A DNA stretch of 64,000 nt from Terriglobia bacterium (GTDB taxonomy: Bacteria > Acidobacteriota > Terriglobia > 20CM-2-55-15): assembly GCA_965218585.1 (NCBI GenBank), contig CBDCLE010000002.1, positions 480,001-544,000 of the forward strand, in the 5' to 3' direction. This document shows, one piece after another, positions 30,434-39,924 of this stretch. The notes under the pieces were generated by a model. It had not been told where the DNA came from and searched no databases. It worked only from the letters and a program-made list of their open reading frames with translations. The position numbers and the translations under genes were made by a program. The stretch's first letter is position 1, and each line of letters begins with the position of its first letter.

Positions 30434-31258
30434 CTACTTCGCCAACTTTTCAATGAGCGCGAGCAATTGATCGCGTTCTTCCGTGACGTTCTGGCCCAGA
30501 CGCGACACCGCGATCGGAAGTATCCACGGTTGGACGTCCCCCGGGTTCAAGCGACGCATCCTCCGATATTGTCTGGTATAAGAGCCGTGAAAAAGCCCGC
30601 GTCCAATGTGCATCATGATCCGTGTCCACAGAGAGAAGCTGGGGGGTGGGGCGCCCAACTGAATGATCAACGAAGTGCGGGCGAAGTCGGCCACGGGATT
30701 CCCAGCACAAGCGGTGGTCCAGTCAATAATTGTGGCGGTGGCACCGTTGACGAGGACATTGTCAGGATGAAAGTCGCCGTGGCAGACCCAGGCCCCTTCG
30801 GGCAGTTTGCGCAGTCGGGCCAGGGCTGTGTTTCGTCGGGCGGCGGGCAACTCGGCCCGTGCAATCAAGTGCTCGAGTTGTTCGTGCTGCGAAGGTAGCT
30901 GGTCGACACGGAACTCGTGGATCGAGGCGTGAAGCTCGGCCAGCATGCGCCCAAACGCAAACAGCTTCCAGGGTTTGGCGCTCAACTGCCCCACCATCGA
31001 CGTTCCAGAGACGCGATCGTAGGTGATGCCGTGCCTGCCCTCGACCTCAACAACGCCGTGAGTACCGGGTGTCGGGACCCCGAACTCGTGCACAGCCTGA
31101 CTGGCGCGAGCCTCGGCCTCGATGATTGCGACGTCGTACTCGGGGGCAAACAGCTTGAGCACCTTTGTGTCGCCCCACGCAAACACTTCGGCCTGACGGC
31201 CCTGGCCGATCAACTGCAGATCGCCCATGCGATGAACTTCTTTTTCAGGTCGGTGCAC
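30434..31258 (-). CDS. Aminoglycoside-phosphotransferase-like kinase
   Basis: IGQGRQAEVF, VLKLF, CHGDFHPDN, IIDW; start may be ATG 31228. Confidence 0.85.
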   Translation of the reverse strand: MHRPEKEVHRMGDLQLIGQGRQAEVFAWGDTKVLKLFAPEYDVAIIEAEARASQAVHEFGVPTPGTHGVVEVEGRHGITYDRVSGTSMVGQLSAKPWKLFAFGRMLAELHASIHEFRVDQLPSQHEQLEHLIARAELPAARRNTALARLRKLPEGAWVCHGDFHPDNVLVNGATATIIDWTTACAGNPVADFARTSLIIQLGAPPPSFSLWTRIMMHIGRGLFHGSYTRQYRRMRRLNPGDVQPWILPIAVSRLGQNVTEERDQLLALIEKLAK

Positions 31259-31265
31259 TCGACGC

Positions 31266-31739
31266 TCACATTGGCGAAGGAGCGTGCCCTCGGGCTGACC
31301 CCTCCAACAGCTCTCTCAGTCGATCAAGATCTCCCTGGGCTCTCTTACGAAAGGATCGGACTACCAGAGGCGCAAGTAAAGACAGAACGCCGGTTAGGTT
31401 CGCCATGGCCTCGTAGGTAACCAGTGTGCCGGACCTCTGGGGCTCCACCCGTCGCACACCTTCCGCCTGAAGAGGCCCGGCCACTGAACGGAAGGAAACA
31501 CTTCGGCCTGGATCCACGGAGACGATCTCCGCCTCGACGCGAATGGCGCGACCAAAGAAACGCATGACCTCGTGTGTGTGCATGCCTACATGCACGGGTC
31601 CAGGAGGGTCGTGGCGCATCGAGGTCACTCCAGCCCGCCAGTTGGGATCGTTCTCGTAGTCCGCTACAAAGTCGAAGATGCCCTCTGCCGGCTGGGCGAT
31701 GATCGTACTGACCTTAACCTCGACTCGCTTCGGAATCAT
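31266..31739 (-). CDS. SRPBCC (polyketide cyclase/START-like) protein
   Basis: I..P.E..FDFVAD.EN.P.W...V and a C-terminal helix DL.RL..LLE. Confidence 0.85.
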   Translation of the reverse strand: MIPKRVEVKVSTIIAQPAEGIFDFVADYENDPNWRAGVTSMRHDPPGPVHVGMHTHEVMRFFGRAIRVEAEIVSVDPGRSVSFRSVAGPLQAEGVRRVEPQRSGTLVTYEAMANLTGVLSLLAPLVVRSFRKRAQGDLDRLRELLEGSARGHAPSPM

Positions 31740-31870
31740 CGTAGTCCTGACTCAGACGTCGAAGGGGAGCGGAGCAAGGCAACTTCCTGCGTCGATTTAG
31801 CTGGTTATGGTCCATCATCCTGAATCAGAGCCCGGCTTCATGGTTTTGTTAGCCTGCCCATCGAACAGGG

Positions 31871-32269
31871 CTATTTCTTGGTTATGACCAAAACGATCAG
31901 CGCACCGAGCAGGACGGACACGGTTCCTACCAATCCCACGAGCGTACTGGCATCTTCTGGGCGCTGAATAAAATACTGCCGGAACAGCGTATACGGAACA
32001 ATCTGAAACAAGATGATTCCGGCTGCGAACGCGACGACAGCTCATGGCCGCCTGAACCACAGACCCAGTGCGACGATCACATTGAACGTCAGCAACACCA
32101 CGTCCATGATACGCAGGTGAAGCTGGCTTTCGCTCCAGGGAATGCTGGCGAGACCAATCATATTCCCCACGTGAACCAGGCCACCATAGGCGAGCACAAT
32201 GGCGAGGACGCGCACGTAAGCTCGCGTCCATGGTTGCGCAAGGGCTTCTGCGATGTCGAGGGATCCCAT
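31871..32269 (-). pseudogene. Small 4-TM membrane protein with in-frame TGA at 32042-32044
   Basis: ...GLWFRRP*AVVAFAAGIILFQIVPYTLFRQYF...LIVLVITKK*. Hydrophobic sequence continues in frame after the stop (probable TGG>TGA). Confidence 0.65.
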
Positions 32270-32442
32270 CTTTCAGGACTCATTCGAGGAGTAGGCTAGC
32301 CTTTCAGTGGATTCTGTCCGAAATGCTCTGAAGGGCTACAAATGATGTTCTAGTGGAGAATCGGGGGTTCTCCAATGACAGACGGTGCAAAGGATTCCAC
32401 CATCGCGGTCCACATGTCTGTACTTACAAATAGACTACCTAG

Positions 32443-33910
32443 TACTACTGTGTTACAAAAGGCCTATTTTATGTTAGCATCCGGTCATGAGCGCCAAATC
32501 GAAGGCGCCAGGCACTCAGGAAAAACGTTTTGCGGCCTATTTGGAACGCCTGGCGTCGGCCGCAGGACACGCCGATCGTCATGAACCGTTGAAGTCGTAC
32601 TGCACCGGGTTGTTGCTGCCGATCAAACGTAAGAGTGTGGAGCCGATGGCTGCACGATTGGCTCCGGATAATGTACGCCGAATGCACCAGTCGCTACATC
32701 ATCTGGTCGCGGATGCGCCCTGGGACGATGCGGCTCTGTTGGCAGAAGTTCGACAGTACGCGCTGGGGGCGATGGAAGCCAACGGTCCGATTGAAGCCTG
32801 GATTGTCGACGACACCGGATTCGTGAAAAAGGGGACCCACTCGGTGGGTGTGGCCCGGCAATACTATGGACAGGTCGGCAAACCTGAGAACTGCCGGGTG
32901 GCGGTGAGCCTGTCGGTGGCGACAGCGAAATCCAGCTTGCCGGTGGCATGGCGACTCTACCTCCCCGAGACCTGGGCGAAGGATCCGGAACGTCGAAGCA
33001 AAGCCGCTATTCCCGAAGACGTTCGATTTCAAACTAAACCTCAAATTGCTTTGGAACAAATCCGGCAGGCCGTCGATGACGGCATTGCTCCGACACCGGT
33101 TCTGGGCGATACGGCCTACGGCAACAACTACAAGTTCCGGCACGGCATCACCGAACTCGGACTTAGCTACGTCCTAGGGGTGCAAGGCACCACGACCGTG
33201 TGGAAACCGGGCCAGGGTCCCTTGCCGCCGAAATCCTTGACCGGCCGCGGACGGACACCGACCCGCATGCAGCGCAACAAGAAACATCAACCGGTTTCGG
33301 TCAAGCAACTGGCCCTCTCGTTGTCTCCCCAGCGTTGGAAGAACGTCTCCTGGCGCGAAGGCACCTCCGAGACCCTGCGTTCCCGTTTCGCCGCAGTTCG
33401 CATTCGTCCCGCTCATCTGGATCACGAGCGCCACTCGCCGCATCCGAAAGAGTGGTTGTTGGTCGAGTGGCCCAAGACCGCATCCGAACCGATCCGGTAC
33501 TGGCTCTCCACTCTTGGGGCCCATACCTCGCTTTCCGATCTGGCCGGTCAGGCCAAACAGCGCTGGATCATCGAACGCGACTATCAGGAACTCAAGCAGG
33601 AACTCGGTCTGGGACACTACGAAGGTCGCGGCTGGCGTGGATTTCACCATCATGGCACCTTATGTATTGCCTCTTATGGGTTCCTGGTCGCCGAGCGGAG
33701 CCGTTTTTCCCCCTCTGCATTTGTCGAGCATGTTGGACTATCCGTCCCCAAACTCCCCAAACACTTCAAACCCCGCGGAACCCCGGATCCGGCCCGAACG
33801 ACATAACCCCTGCTCGATTGCCACGCTTCGCATTCGCATCGCCCGCTTCCTGATTCAGCAGCTTCCTCGTTGTCCGTTCTGTGGACCGCTTCGTTTGTAA
33901 CACAGTAGTA
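32443..33910 (+). mobile_element. IS701 family insertion sequence
   Basis: Perfect 17-bp IR TACTACTGTGTTACAAA / TTTGTAACACAGTAGTA with CTAG on both flanks (32439-42, 33911-14). Confidence 0.93.
32487..33806 (+). CDS. IS701 family transposase
   Basis: RKSVEPMA, IVDDTGF.KKG.HSVGVARQY, GD.AYG, RW.IERDYQELKQELGL.HYEGR.W.GFHHH. Confidence 0.95.
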   Translation: MSAKSKAPGTQEKRFAAYLERLASAAGHADRHEPLKSYCTGLLLPIKRKSVEPMAARLAPDNVRRMHQSLHHLVADAPWDDAALLAEVRQYALGAMEANGPIEAWIVDDTGFVKKGTHSVGVARQYYGQVGKPENCRVAVSLSVATAKSSLPVAWRLYLPETWAKDPERRSKAAIPEDVRFQTKPQIALEQIRQAVDDGIAPTPVLGDTAYGNNYKFRHGITELGLSYVLGVQGTTTVWKPGQGPLPPKSLTGRGRTPTRMQRNKKHQPVSVKQLALSLSPQRWKNVSWREGTSETLRSRFAAVRIRPAHLDHERHSPHPKEWLLVEWPKTASEPIRYWLSTLGAHTSLSDLAGQAKQRWIIERDYQELKQELGLGHYEGRGWRGFHHHGTLCIASYGFLVAERSRFSPSAFVEHVGLSVPKLPKHFKPRGTPDPARTT

Positions 33911-34136
33911 CTAGTGCACCGCCCCCAAAGAAACAGACGAAACTCAACACGGTGCCCAGGGCCGGCCGTCCGAATTCCTTCCACTCCTGACAGCTTCCAA
34001 GAATACGGTTACCTCTACGGGAGGTCCCAATGAGCACAACCGTAGAAACGAGGGAGATTGAGGTTCTGGAAGACCTTGACGACGAAGAGATCGTCGAGCC
34101 TCCTCGACTGAAGGAGCGACTCGATATTGAAGAGAG

Positions 34137-34778
34137 TCAGGAGCCGACTGAGTTGATTAACTCTGGCGACTGATTCTTTGAACTGTTGACGGCCTTCGAC
34201 ACCCTGTAGGCGGTCATCGCGTCTTCTGGGTAGGGGTCCAGGAGCTTCAGCACGTCCCCGGTAGGCAGTTCCGCATTCAGCCACGGCTCATATTCGTTCC
34301 GCTCCAGGATGACCGGCATACGGTCATGGATCGGCTTGGTGACGGTGTTGGGATCGGTAGTCAGGATGACGTAGCCAGGCTCTCCACCCACTTCCTGCCA
34401 GATTCCAGCAAAGGCGAATGGCTCTCCAGTCTTCAGCATGATCCTGAAGGGCTGCTTGCCTTCCTTAGTGGCTTTCCATTCATAGAAACCGTCAGCAATC
34501 ACTAGACAGCGACGTTCCCTGAAAGAGTCACGAAAGGTTGGGCGTTGGTTGACTGTTTCGGCACGGGCGTTGATTAGCAGACGGGATGGCCTGTCCTTCC
34601 ATTCTGGTTTGATACCCCACAGCACGGTCTGGATTGTGCGAGGGGCGATGTTCAGGATGACGGGTAGGTGCTGGCCGGGACTGGCATTGAAGACTGGGAC
34701 ATGCGTCTCTGAGAACTCAGCCCCGAAGTAGCCCTCAATGATGTCCTGCGCTGCTGTTGCTGTGTAGCGTCCACACAT
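34137..34778 (-). CDS. SOS response-associated peptidase (SRAP/YedK/HMCES family)
   Basis: MCGRY N-terminus, INARAET, RRCLV.ADGFYEW, IHDRMPVIL. Confidence 0.95.
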   Translation of the reverse strand: MCGRYTATAAQDIIEGYFGAEFSETHVPVFNASPGQHLPVILNIAPRTIQTVLWGIKPEWKDRPSRLLINARAETVNQRPTFRDSFRERRCLVIADGFYEWKATKEGKQPFRIMLKTGEPFAFAGIWQEVGGEPGYVILTTDPNTVTKPIHDRMPVILERNEYEPWLNAELPTGDVLKLLDPYPEDAMTAYRVSKAVNSSKNQSPELINSVGS

Positions 34779-34902
34779 GGACGGAGACTATAGCAAGGCA
34801 TCTCTAAAATTCTAAAAATTGGACACAGAGCCACACCACCGATAGACGGACACCCGGATGGAGTGGTCCATCCCCAGTCAAGCAATGGGTCCCATCTGCA
34901 AG

Positions 34903-34952
34903 TTTTGGGGAACAGATTCGCGCACTTTTGGGGAACAGATTGGGAACAGATG
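34903..34952. repeat. Three direct repeats GGGAACAGAT (putative integrase arm-type sites)
   Basis: TTTTGGGGAACAGATT twice plus TGGGAACAGAT, about 80-130 bp from the tRNA fragment. Confidence 0.55.
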
Positions 34953-35030
34953 GGTCAGAACACCGTAAAACAAGGGGTATCAAGCGAAACCTAAGTTACT
35001 GAAAAGCAAAGACGGGCTATCAATTAATGA

Positions 35031-35074
35031 GTCTCCGGAACCAGAGGTCGGAGGTTCGAATCCTCTCGGGCGTA
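35031..35074 (+). pseudogene. 3' half of tRNA-Arg(CCG), probable att-site scar
   Basis: CT-CCG-GA anticodon loop, ACCAG, AGGTC, T-arm GGAGG-TTCGAAT-CCTCT, acceptor strand CGGGCGT-A. No 5' acceptor strand or D-arm upstream. Confidence 0.8.
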
Positions 35075-35078
35075 TCGG

Positions 35079-35107
35079 AGGGTCGCTGGGAAGCGGCCCT
35101 TTTTCTT
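35079..35107 (+). terminator. Rho-independent terminator
   Basis: AGGGTCGCT-GGGA-AGCGGCCCT hairpin followed by TTTTCTT. Confidence 0.7.
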
Positions 35108-35253
35108 TGCCTTACGATCCAGGGACCGACTGACAACTGCTCCTTGTGAGAGAAGATACGCCGGGTGTCGCATCGGCAACAACGCTGTAAATTCGTAGGT
35201 TCTCGATAAGGCTAAGAATTAAGATGTAGGGTCTGGAGAATTCCGAAACCGAC

Positions 35254-36897
35254 ATGGAAAATTCCAGCTTCTCCGACCAGGAGGTCCACCAACCAATGTT
35301 TCGATCCAGTTTCCACTGCCTGTGGCTCGCCGTAGTCTTCGTCGCTCTTAACGTGTCGCCGGGGGGAGCGCAATCTGGCGAGGCTTCCGAATTTTCGGAA
35401 ATCTTAAACGGGTCTTTGCCCCTCTACACGAAAGCCCTGGGAAGCTTTACGCGTCCGATTTCTACTTCCAACGCGGAAGCACAGGCGTATTTCGACCAGG
35501 GTTATCAGATGATGTACGCCTTCGCAAAGCTGGACGCGGTCCGATCGTTCCGGGAGTCGTGGAAACGTGATCCAGACTGCGCAATCTGTTACTGGGGTGA
35601 GGCGTGGGCCTGGGGATCGTATCTCAACGGCCCGATGCTCAGCTCGGAGGCCCCGCACGCCTACACCGCCGTAGGGCAGGCGCTCGAACTGGCGGGCAAC
35701 AACGCAAGCCCGAAGGAACAGGAATTGATCGAAGCGATGTCGCATCGCTACGTCGAGGACTTTGATCCGGAACAACGCCTCGACCAGGAAAGGGCTTACG
35801 CGACAGCGATGGCGACTCTCTACGAAAAGTATCCGGACGATCTCGACATCGCCACTCACTATGCGGACGCTCTTTTCATTCTGGAACCACGCCGCGGCAC
35901 GAGAGATCTCAATGACCCCGACGTCAGGCAACTTCATCGTGTGCTGGAAGGCATCCTGATCTCCGACATCCGGCACACCGGCGCGTGTCATCTGTACATC
36001 CACGCTACCGAATCGACACCGGACCCGGGGAGGGCTGAAGCCTGCGCCGAGTACATCGGAAACTCCATACCCGGCGCGAGCCACATCAACCACATGCCGT
36101 CGCATACCTGGAACGAAATCGGCCGGTGGGGAGATTCGGTTCGGGCTAACATTCAAGCCTGGCACTCGGACCTCAAAGCGCCCGTCGGAGAGGGATTCGC
36201 GATCTACCCCCAGCACAACCTGCACATGCTTCTGTTCGCCGCCTCCATGGACGGGCAGGGCGCCATCGCCATCCAGGCCGGCAAGGACTACGCCAAGCTG
36301 ATGGGCACGAATATGTACCGTGTGCTGACACTGGTCCGGTTCGGTCGCTTCGACGAGGTCCTGGAAATCACCGAACGTCCCGAGCCGGTGATCGACGCCG
36401 GCATGTGGGACTTCGCTCAGGGCTATGCCCGTGCCCGCATGGGTGAGATCGACTTCGCCAGGGCTCACCTCAATCGGGTTCTCGAGGGCGCGCAGTCTGA
36501 CGCCTTCTTCCGGTTTCACTCAGCCGAACAACTTCTGAACACAGTTGCCAGCATTCTTGAAGGTGAAATTCACCGCGCCGAAGGCGATCTCGTTGCCGCG
36601 ATTGATTCATTCGAACAGGCGGTTCTCACCGAGGACGCTCTCCAGTATGACGAACCCGAACCCCTGCCCTTTGCTGCCCGCCACTGGCTGGGGGCAACAC
36701 TTCTCGAGCTCGGGCGATACGTGGATGCTGAACGCGTCTACCGTGAGGAGCTCGAAGATCACCCCCACAACGGTTGGTCGCTGTTCGGCCTGAGGGCAGC
36801 TCTCGAAGCCCTGGGTCGAGGGTCGCCAGAAGTCGATGCCGATTTCGAGGCGAGTTGGGCGAGATCGGATACGTGGATTACAGGATCGAAGTTTTAA
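35254..36897 (+). CDS. Secreted TPR-containing hypothetical protein
   Basis: AQAYFDQG, CYWGEAWAWG, H.GACHLYIH, H..HMPSH, C-terminal TPRs with P.NGWSL.GL. Confidence 0.8.
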   Translation: MENSSFSDQEVHQPMFRSSFHCLWLAVVFVALNVSPGGAQSGEASEFSEILNGSLPLYTKALGSFTRPISTSNAEAQAYFDQGYQMMYAFAKLDAVRSFRESWKRDPDCAICYWGEAWAWGSYLNGPMLSSEAPHAYTAVGQALELAGNNASPKEQELIEAMSHRYVEDFDPEQRLDQERAYATAMATLYEKYPDDLDIATHYADALFILEPRRGTRDLNDPDVRQLHRVLEGILISDIRHTGACHLYIHATESTPDPGRAEACAEYIGNSIPGASHINHMPSHTWNEIGRWGDSVRANIQAWHSDLKAPVGEGFAIYPQHNLHMLLFAASMDGQGAIAIQAGKDYAKLMGTNMYRVLTLVRFGRFDEVLEITERPEPVIDAGMWDFAQGYARARMGEIDFARAHLNRVLEGAQSDAFFRFHSAEQLLNTVASILEGEIHRAEGDLVAAIDSFEQAVLTEDALQYDEPEPLPFAARHWLGATLLELGRYVDAERVYREELEDHPHNGWSLFGLRAALEALGRGSPEVDADFEASWARSDTWITGSKF

Positions 36898-36953
36898 AGC
36901 TTGTCGTCCGCAGCCGTAGCTAAAACCTGGGTGGGATAGTCTGTCCTGCTCAA

Positions 36954-37805
36954 TTAGGCAACCGTTTCCTCACCGGATTCGAGGTGAACGACACGTTGGG
37001 GGAAAGGAATCTCGATACCATGCCGCCGAAACTCGGCGTCTATCGCATAGTTCAGCCCGCTCCTGAGTTGCAAGTGCCCAGGGGGGTCGTCACTCCATAT
37101 CAGCAGCTCGAAGTTCAGCGAAGAATCCCCAAACTCGTTGAACCGGACCTCGGGTGACGGATTCTTCAGGACATGGTCGGTCTTTGCGGCGACATCTTCG
37201 AGAATACGTGTCACCAGGTCCACGTCGGAACCATAAGCCACGCCCACTGGAACGTGAACTCTGATGTTCGGGTCTCCGTGTGACCAGTTCGTGACACTCT
37301 GATTGATGAACTGGGAGTTGGGAACGATGATCGCGATGTTGTCGTTTGTAAGGATGGTTGTGGATCGGAAGTGGATGTCGACAACGTTGCCCTCGACGTT
37401 CTCTACCGTGACGCGGTCGTGAATCCGGATCGGTTGCTCGAGCAGAAGCACAAGCCCAGACACGAAGTTAGCGACGACATTCTGGAGACCGAAACCAATA
37501 CCGATACCGAGCCCGCCGGCGACGACTGCCAGAGCCGTCAGATCGATGCTCAGGAAGTTCAGCGCGATGATGATTCCAACCACCCATACCGCGTACCCGG
37601 TGATTCGAAGAATGACGTATCGCGGTGCCGGTTCGACACTCCTCAGAAGATGCTCTTTGAGAACACGACGGCTGGTAAGGGAAGCGTACCGTGTAATCAG
37701 GAGAGCGAGGGTGAAAAGGAGGATATGCTTCGCGGTTATGGTGCTGCCACCGATCTCCACCACCTGGAAGTCCAGGATCTGATTCAACGTCTCAATCCAT
37801 TCCAT
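36954..37805 (-). CDS. Small-conductance mechanosensitive channel (MscS family)
   Basis: GIGIGFGLQN..ANFVSGL..L.E.P, IIVPNS, NWSH, VGVAYGSD, FGDSSL.F, IPFPQR. Confidence 0.93.
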   Translation of the reverse strand: MEWIETLNQILDFQVVEIGGSTITAKHILLFTLALLITRYASLTSRRVLKEHLLRSVEPAPRYVILRITGYAVWVVGIIIALNFLSIDLTALAVVAGGLGIGIGFGLQNVVANFVSGLVLLLEQPIRIHDRVTVENVEGNVVDIHFRSTTILTNDNIAIIVPNSQFINQSVTNWSHGDPNIRVHVPVGVAYGSDVDLVTRILEDVAAKTDHVLKNPSPEVRFNEFGDSSLNFELLIWSDDPPGHLQLRSGLNYAIDAEFRRHGIEIPFPQRVVHLESGEETVA

Positions 37806-37914
37806 GCGCGTCCTCCTGTGGCCACAGCGACTTGCTTTTTCTTAGCCTGAGCATCGACCTCTCTTCAGCTTGGACATTCTAAACCTCTCGGACCAATCTC
37901 GAAGACTCTACGTT

Positions 37915-39769
37915 TGTCCAACGTCAATCAGAATTCCTTCTCGCATTGACTCATTGAAAATGTTACCGAACTGAGGGTTGTTGCCTCATTAGAAATGTTA
38001 CCCAACTCTATGAGAACGGAGGTGGGAAGTGAGGACACACATGACTGTTGCGGCAAGGCGAGAATTAGCTCTACGAACGGCGGTTCGCTACAAGAATGCG
38101 GCGCGACCGGAGAAGAAGCGAATCCTGGATGAGTTCCTTGAATCGACCGGGTTCCATCGGAAGCACGCGACACGGCTTCTGAACGACATTCTGAGGGGCG
38201 AACGGCCCCGACGGCAACCGCGCGGCCGGGTCCGTCGATACGGCCCCGCGGTGCAGGCCGCCCTGATCGCGGCCTGGCGCACAGTCAATGATGTCTGTGG
38301 CAAACGGCTCGTTCCGTTTCTGCCGGAGCTGATCCCGACCATGGAGCGTCACGGGCATCTGTCATTGTCTGATAAAACGCGGGCGGATCTGCTTGAGCTG
38401 AGCGCCGCCACGGCTGATCGGATCTTCCGTCAATTCCGATTCGATCATCGACCGCACGGCAAGACCACCACCAAGTCCGGACAGTTACTCAAACACCGCG
38501 TTCCGATTCGCACATTCGCCGACTGGGCGGACACGCGGCCGGGATTCATGGAAGCGGACTTGGTTGCACACTGCGGCGGGAACTCGGAAGGCCCTTTCCT
38601 CCACACCCTGGTACTGACCGACGTGGCGACCGGCTGGACCGAATGTCTGGCGTTGCTACGGCGTACGGAGGCGGACATTCTGCAGGCGCTCACGACGGCA
38701 CGGCAGATCCTTCCGTTTCAGCTTGTCGGCCTGGACACGGATAACGGTTCCGAGTTCATGAACTACGGACTCCTCGCCTACTGCGAGCGTGAAACGATTC
38801 AATTCACCCGAGGCCGGGCGCGCCGGAAGAACGACCAGTGCTTCGTCGAACAGAAGAACGGCTCGATCGTCCGCCAATTGGTCGGCTACGACCGCTACGA
38901 AGGCTCACTGGCATACAGGCAGCTTGCCGAGCTCTACCGAGTGGTCCGGCTCTACGTGAACTTCTTCCAGCCGTCCATGAAGCTCACGACGAAGACTCGC
39001 GATGGATCCCGGGTGACGAAACGCTACGATATCGCGCAAACACCCTATCAACGGCTCTCGAATTCGGATGCGCTCGACCCGGAGGTTCGCGTTCGCCTTG
39101 CTGCGATTTATGAACGTTCGGATCCGGTCGATCTCCTACGACAGCTTGAGAAACTCCAGGATGCATTCTGGAGACATGCGAAGGAACTGGCCTCTCCCAC
39201 GCTAACGGACGACATCGTGCGCGCCGCCCTTGTGTCCCCGAACTGCGACGCAGATGCAGACCGAGCCCCGATTGAGGCGGAACTCCCCGATCCCGGCTTC
39301 GAGCAACGAATCACGCGTCGGTATCGCAAAACACGGAAACAACCTGTGCCCCACATCTGGCGTACTCGCCCGGACCCGTTCGACGGCGTCTGGGAGGAGA
39401 TGCGGTCATGGCTTGAATCCGATCCCGGGCGAACATCAAAGTCGCTGTTGCTTGAGCTTCAGCAGCGGCGCCCGGGACGTTACCCCAACGGTCAGTTACG
39501 GACCCTGCAGCGGCGCGTGCGCGAATGGCGGCGTCAGATTCTGGAGACTTTCGATGGCGAGTGGCTCGAACTGGATCGGGTCCGCCCGGCTTCAGCATCT
39601 GCGGGCGACGGGGGCTGTGGAAAAGGCGGTCGCCCCACAGCCTCGACGGCGGGAAGAACTCTCCCGTTTGACCGGTCGTTCGGTAACATTTTCGATGAGG
39701 CAACAACCCTCAGTTCGGTAACATTTTTAAATGAGGCAATACGACAGGAAAAATAGTTGACGTTGGACA
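37915..39769 (+). mobile_element. ISNCY-like insertion sequence with long (about 88 bp) imperfect IRs
   Basis: Both ends begin TGTCCAACGTCAA and contain two copies of G(C/A)CTCAT..AAATGTTACC; possible 3-bp TSD GTT. Confidence 0.85.
38029..39756 (+). CDS. rve/DDE transposase (ISNCY-like) with an extra C-terminal HTH-like domain
   Basis: ILDEF...TG.HRKHA, CGKRL, EADLVAHCG, DTDNGSEF, NDQCFVEQKN; tail WRTRPDPF...LRTLQRRVREWR. Confidence 0.9.
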   Translation: MRTHMTVAARRELALRTAVRYKNAARPEKKRILDEFLESTGFHRKHATRLLNDILRGERPRRQPRGRVRRYGPAVQAALIAAWRTVNDVCGKRLVPFLPELIPTMERHGHLSLSDKTRADLLELSAATADRIFRQFRFDHRPHGKTTTKSGQLLKHRVPIRTFADWADTRPGFMEADLVAHCGGNSEGPFLHTLVLTDVATGWTECLALLRRTEADILQALTTARQILPFQLVGLDTDNGSEFMNYGLLAYCERETIQFTRGRARRKNDQCFVEQKNGSIVRQLVGYDRYEGSLAYRQLAELYRVVRLYVNFFQPSMKLTTKTRDGSRVTKRYDIAQTPYQRLSNSDALDPEVRVRLAAIYERSDPVDLLRQLEKLQDAFWRHAKELASPTLTDDIVRAALVSPNCDADADRAPIEAELPDPGFEQRITRRYRKTRKQPVPHIWRTRPDPFDGVWEEMRSWLESDPGRTSKSLLLELQQRRPGRYPNGQLRTLQRRVREWRRQILETFDGEWLELDRVRPASASAGDGGCGKGGRPTASTAGRTLPFDRSFGNIFDEATTLSSVTFLNEAIRQEK

Positions 39770-39924
39770 GTTGACAATTGACAATGCGTCTTCTTAACGA
39801 ACCTCTGGCGGTCGACTTTCCCAGGCAACTGCAGCATACATCAGGGCCACGAGGCGACTGTTCTTGAAACCATCCGTTCTCCAGTGAATTTCTACCCGGT
39901 CAGACCGCAACAGATCGCCCTTAG

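Noticed and set aside
30300-32300. Integron cassette array (short co-directional accessory genes)
   Set aside because: No convincing attC (RYYYAAC...GTTRRRY) pairs between the genes and no integron integrase.
32351-32372. TAGTGGAGAATCGGGGGTTC resembling a reversed tRNA/tmRNA 3' end
   Set aside because: Too short and mismatched, with no T-arm.
34903-34952. CRISPR array
   Set aside because: The repeats are 10-16 bp with tiny spacers; no cas genes or regular repeat-spacer array were seen anywhere in the window.
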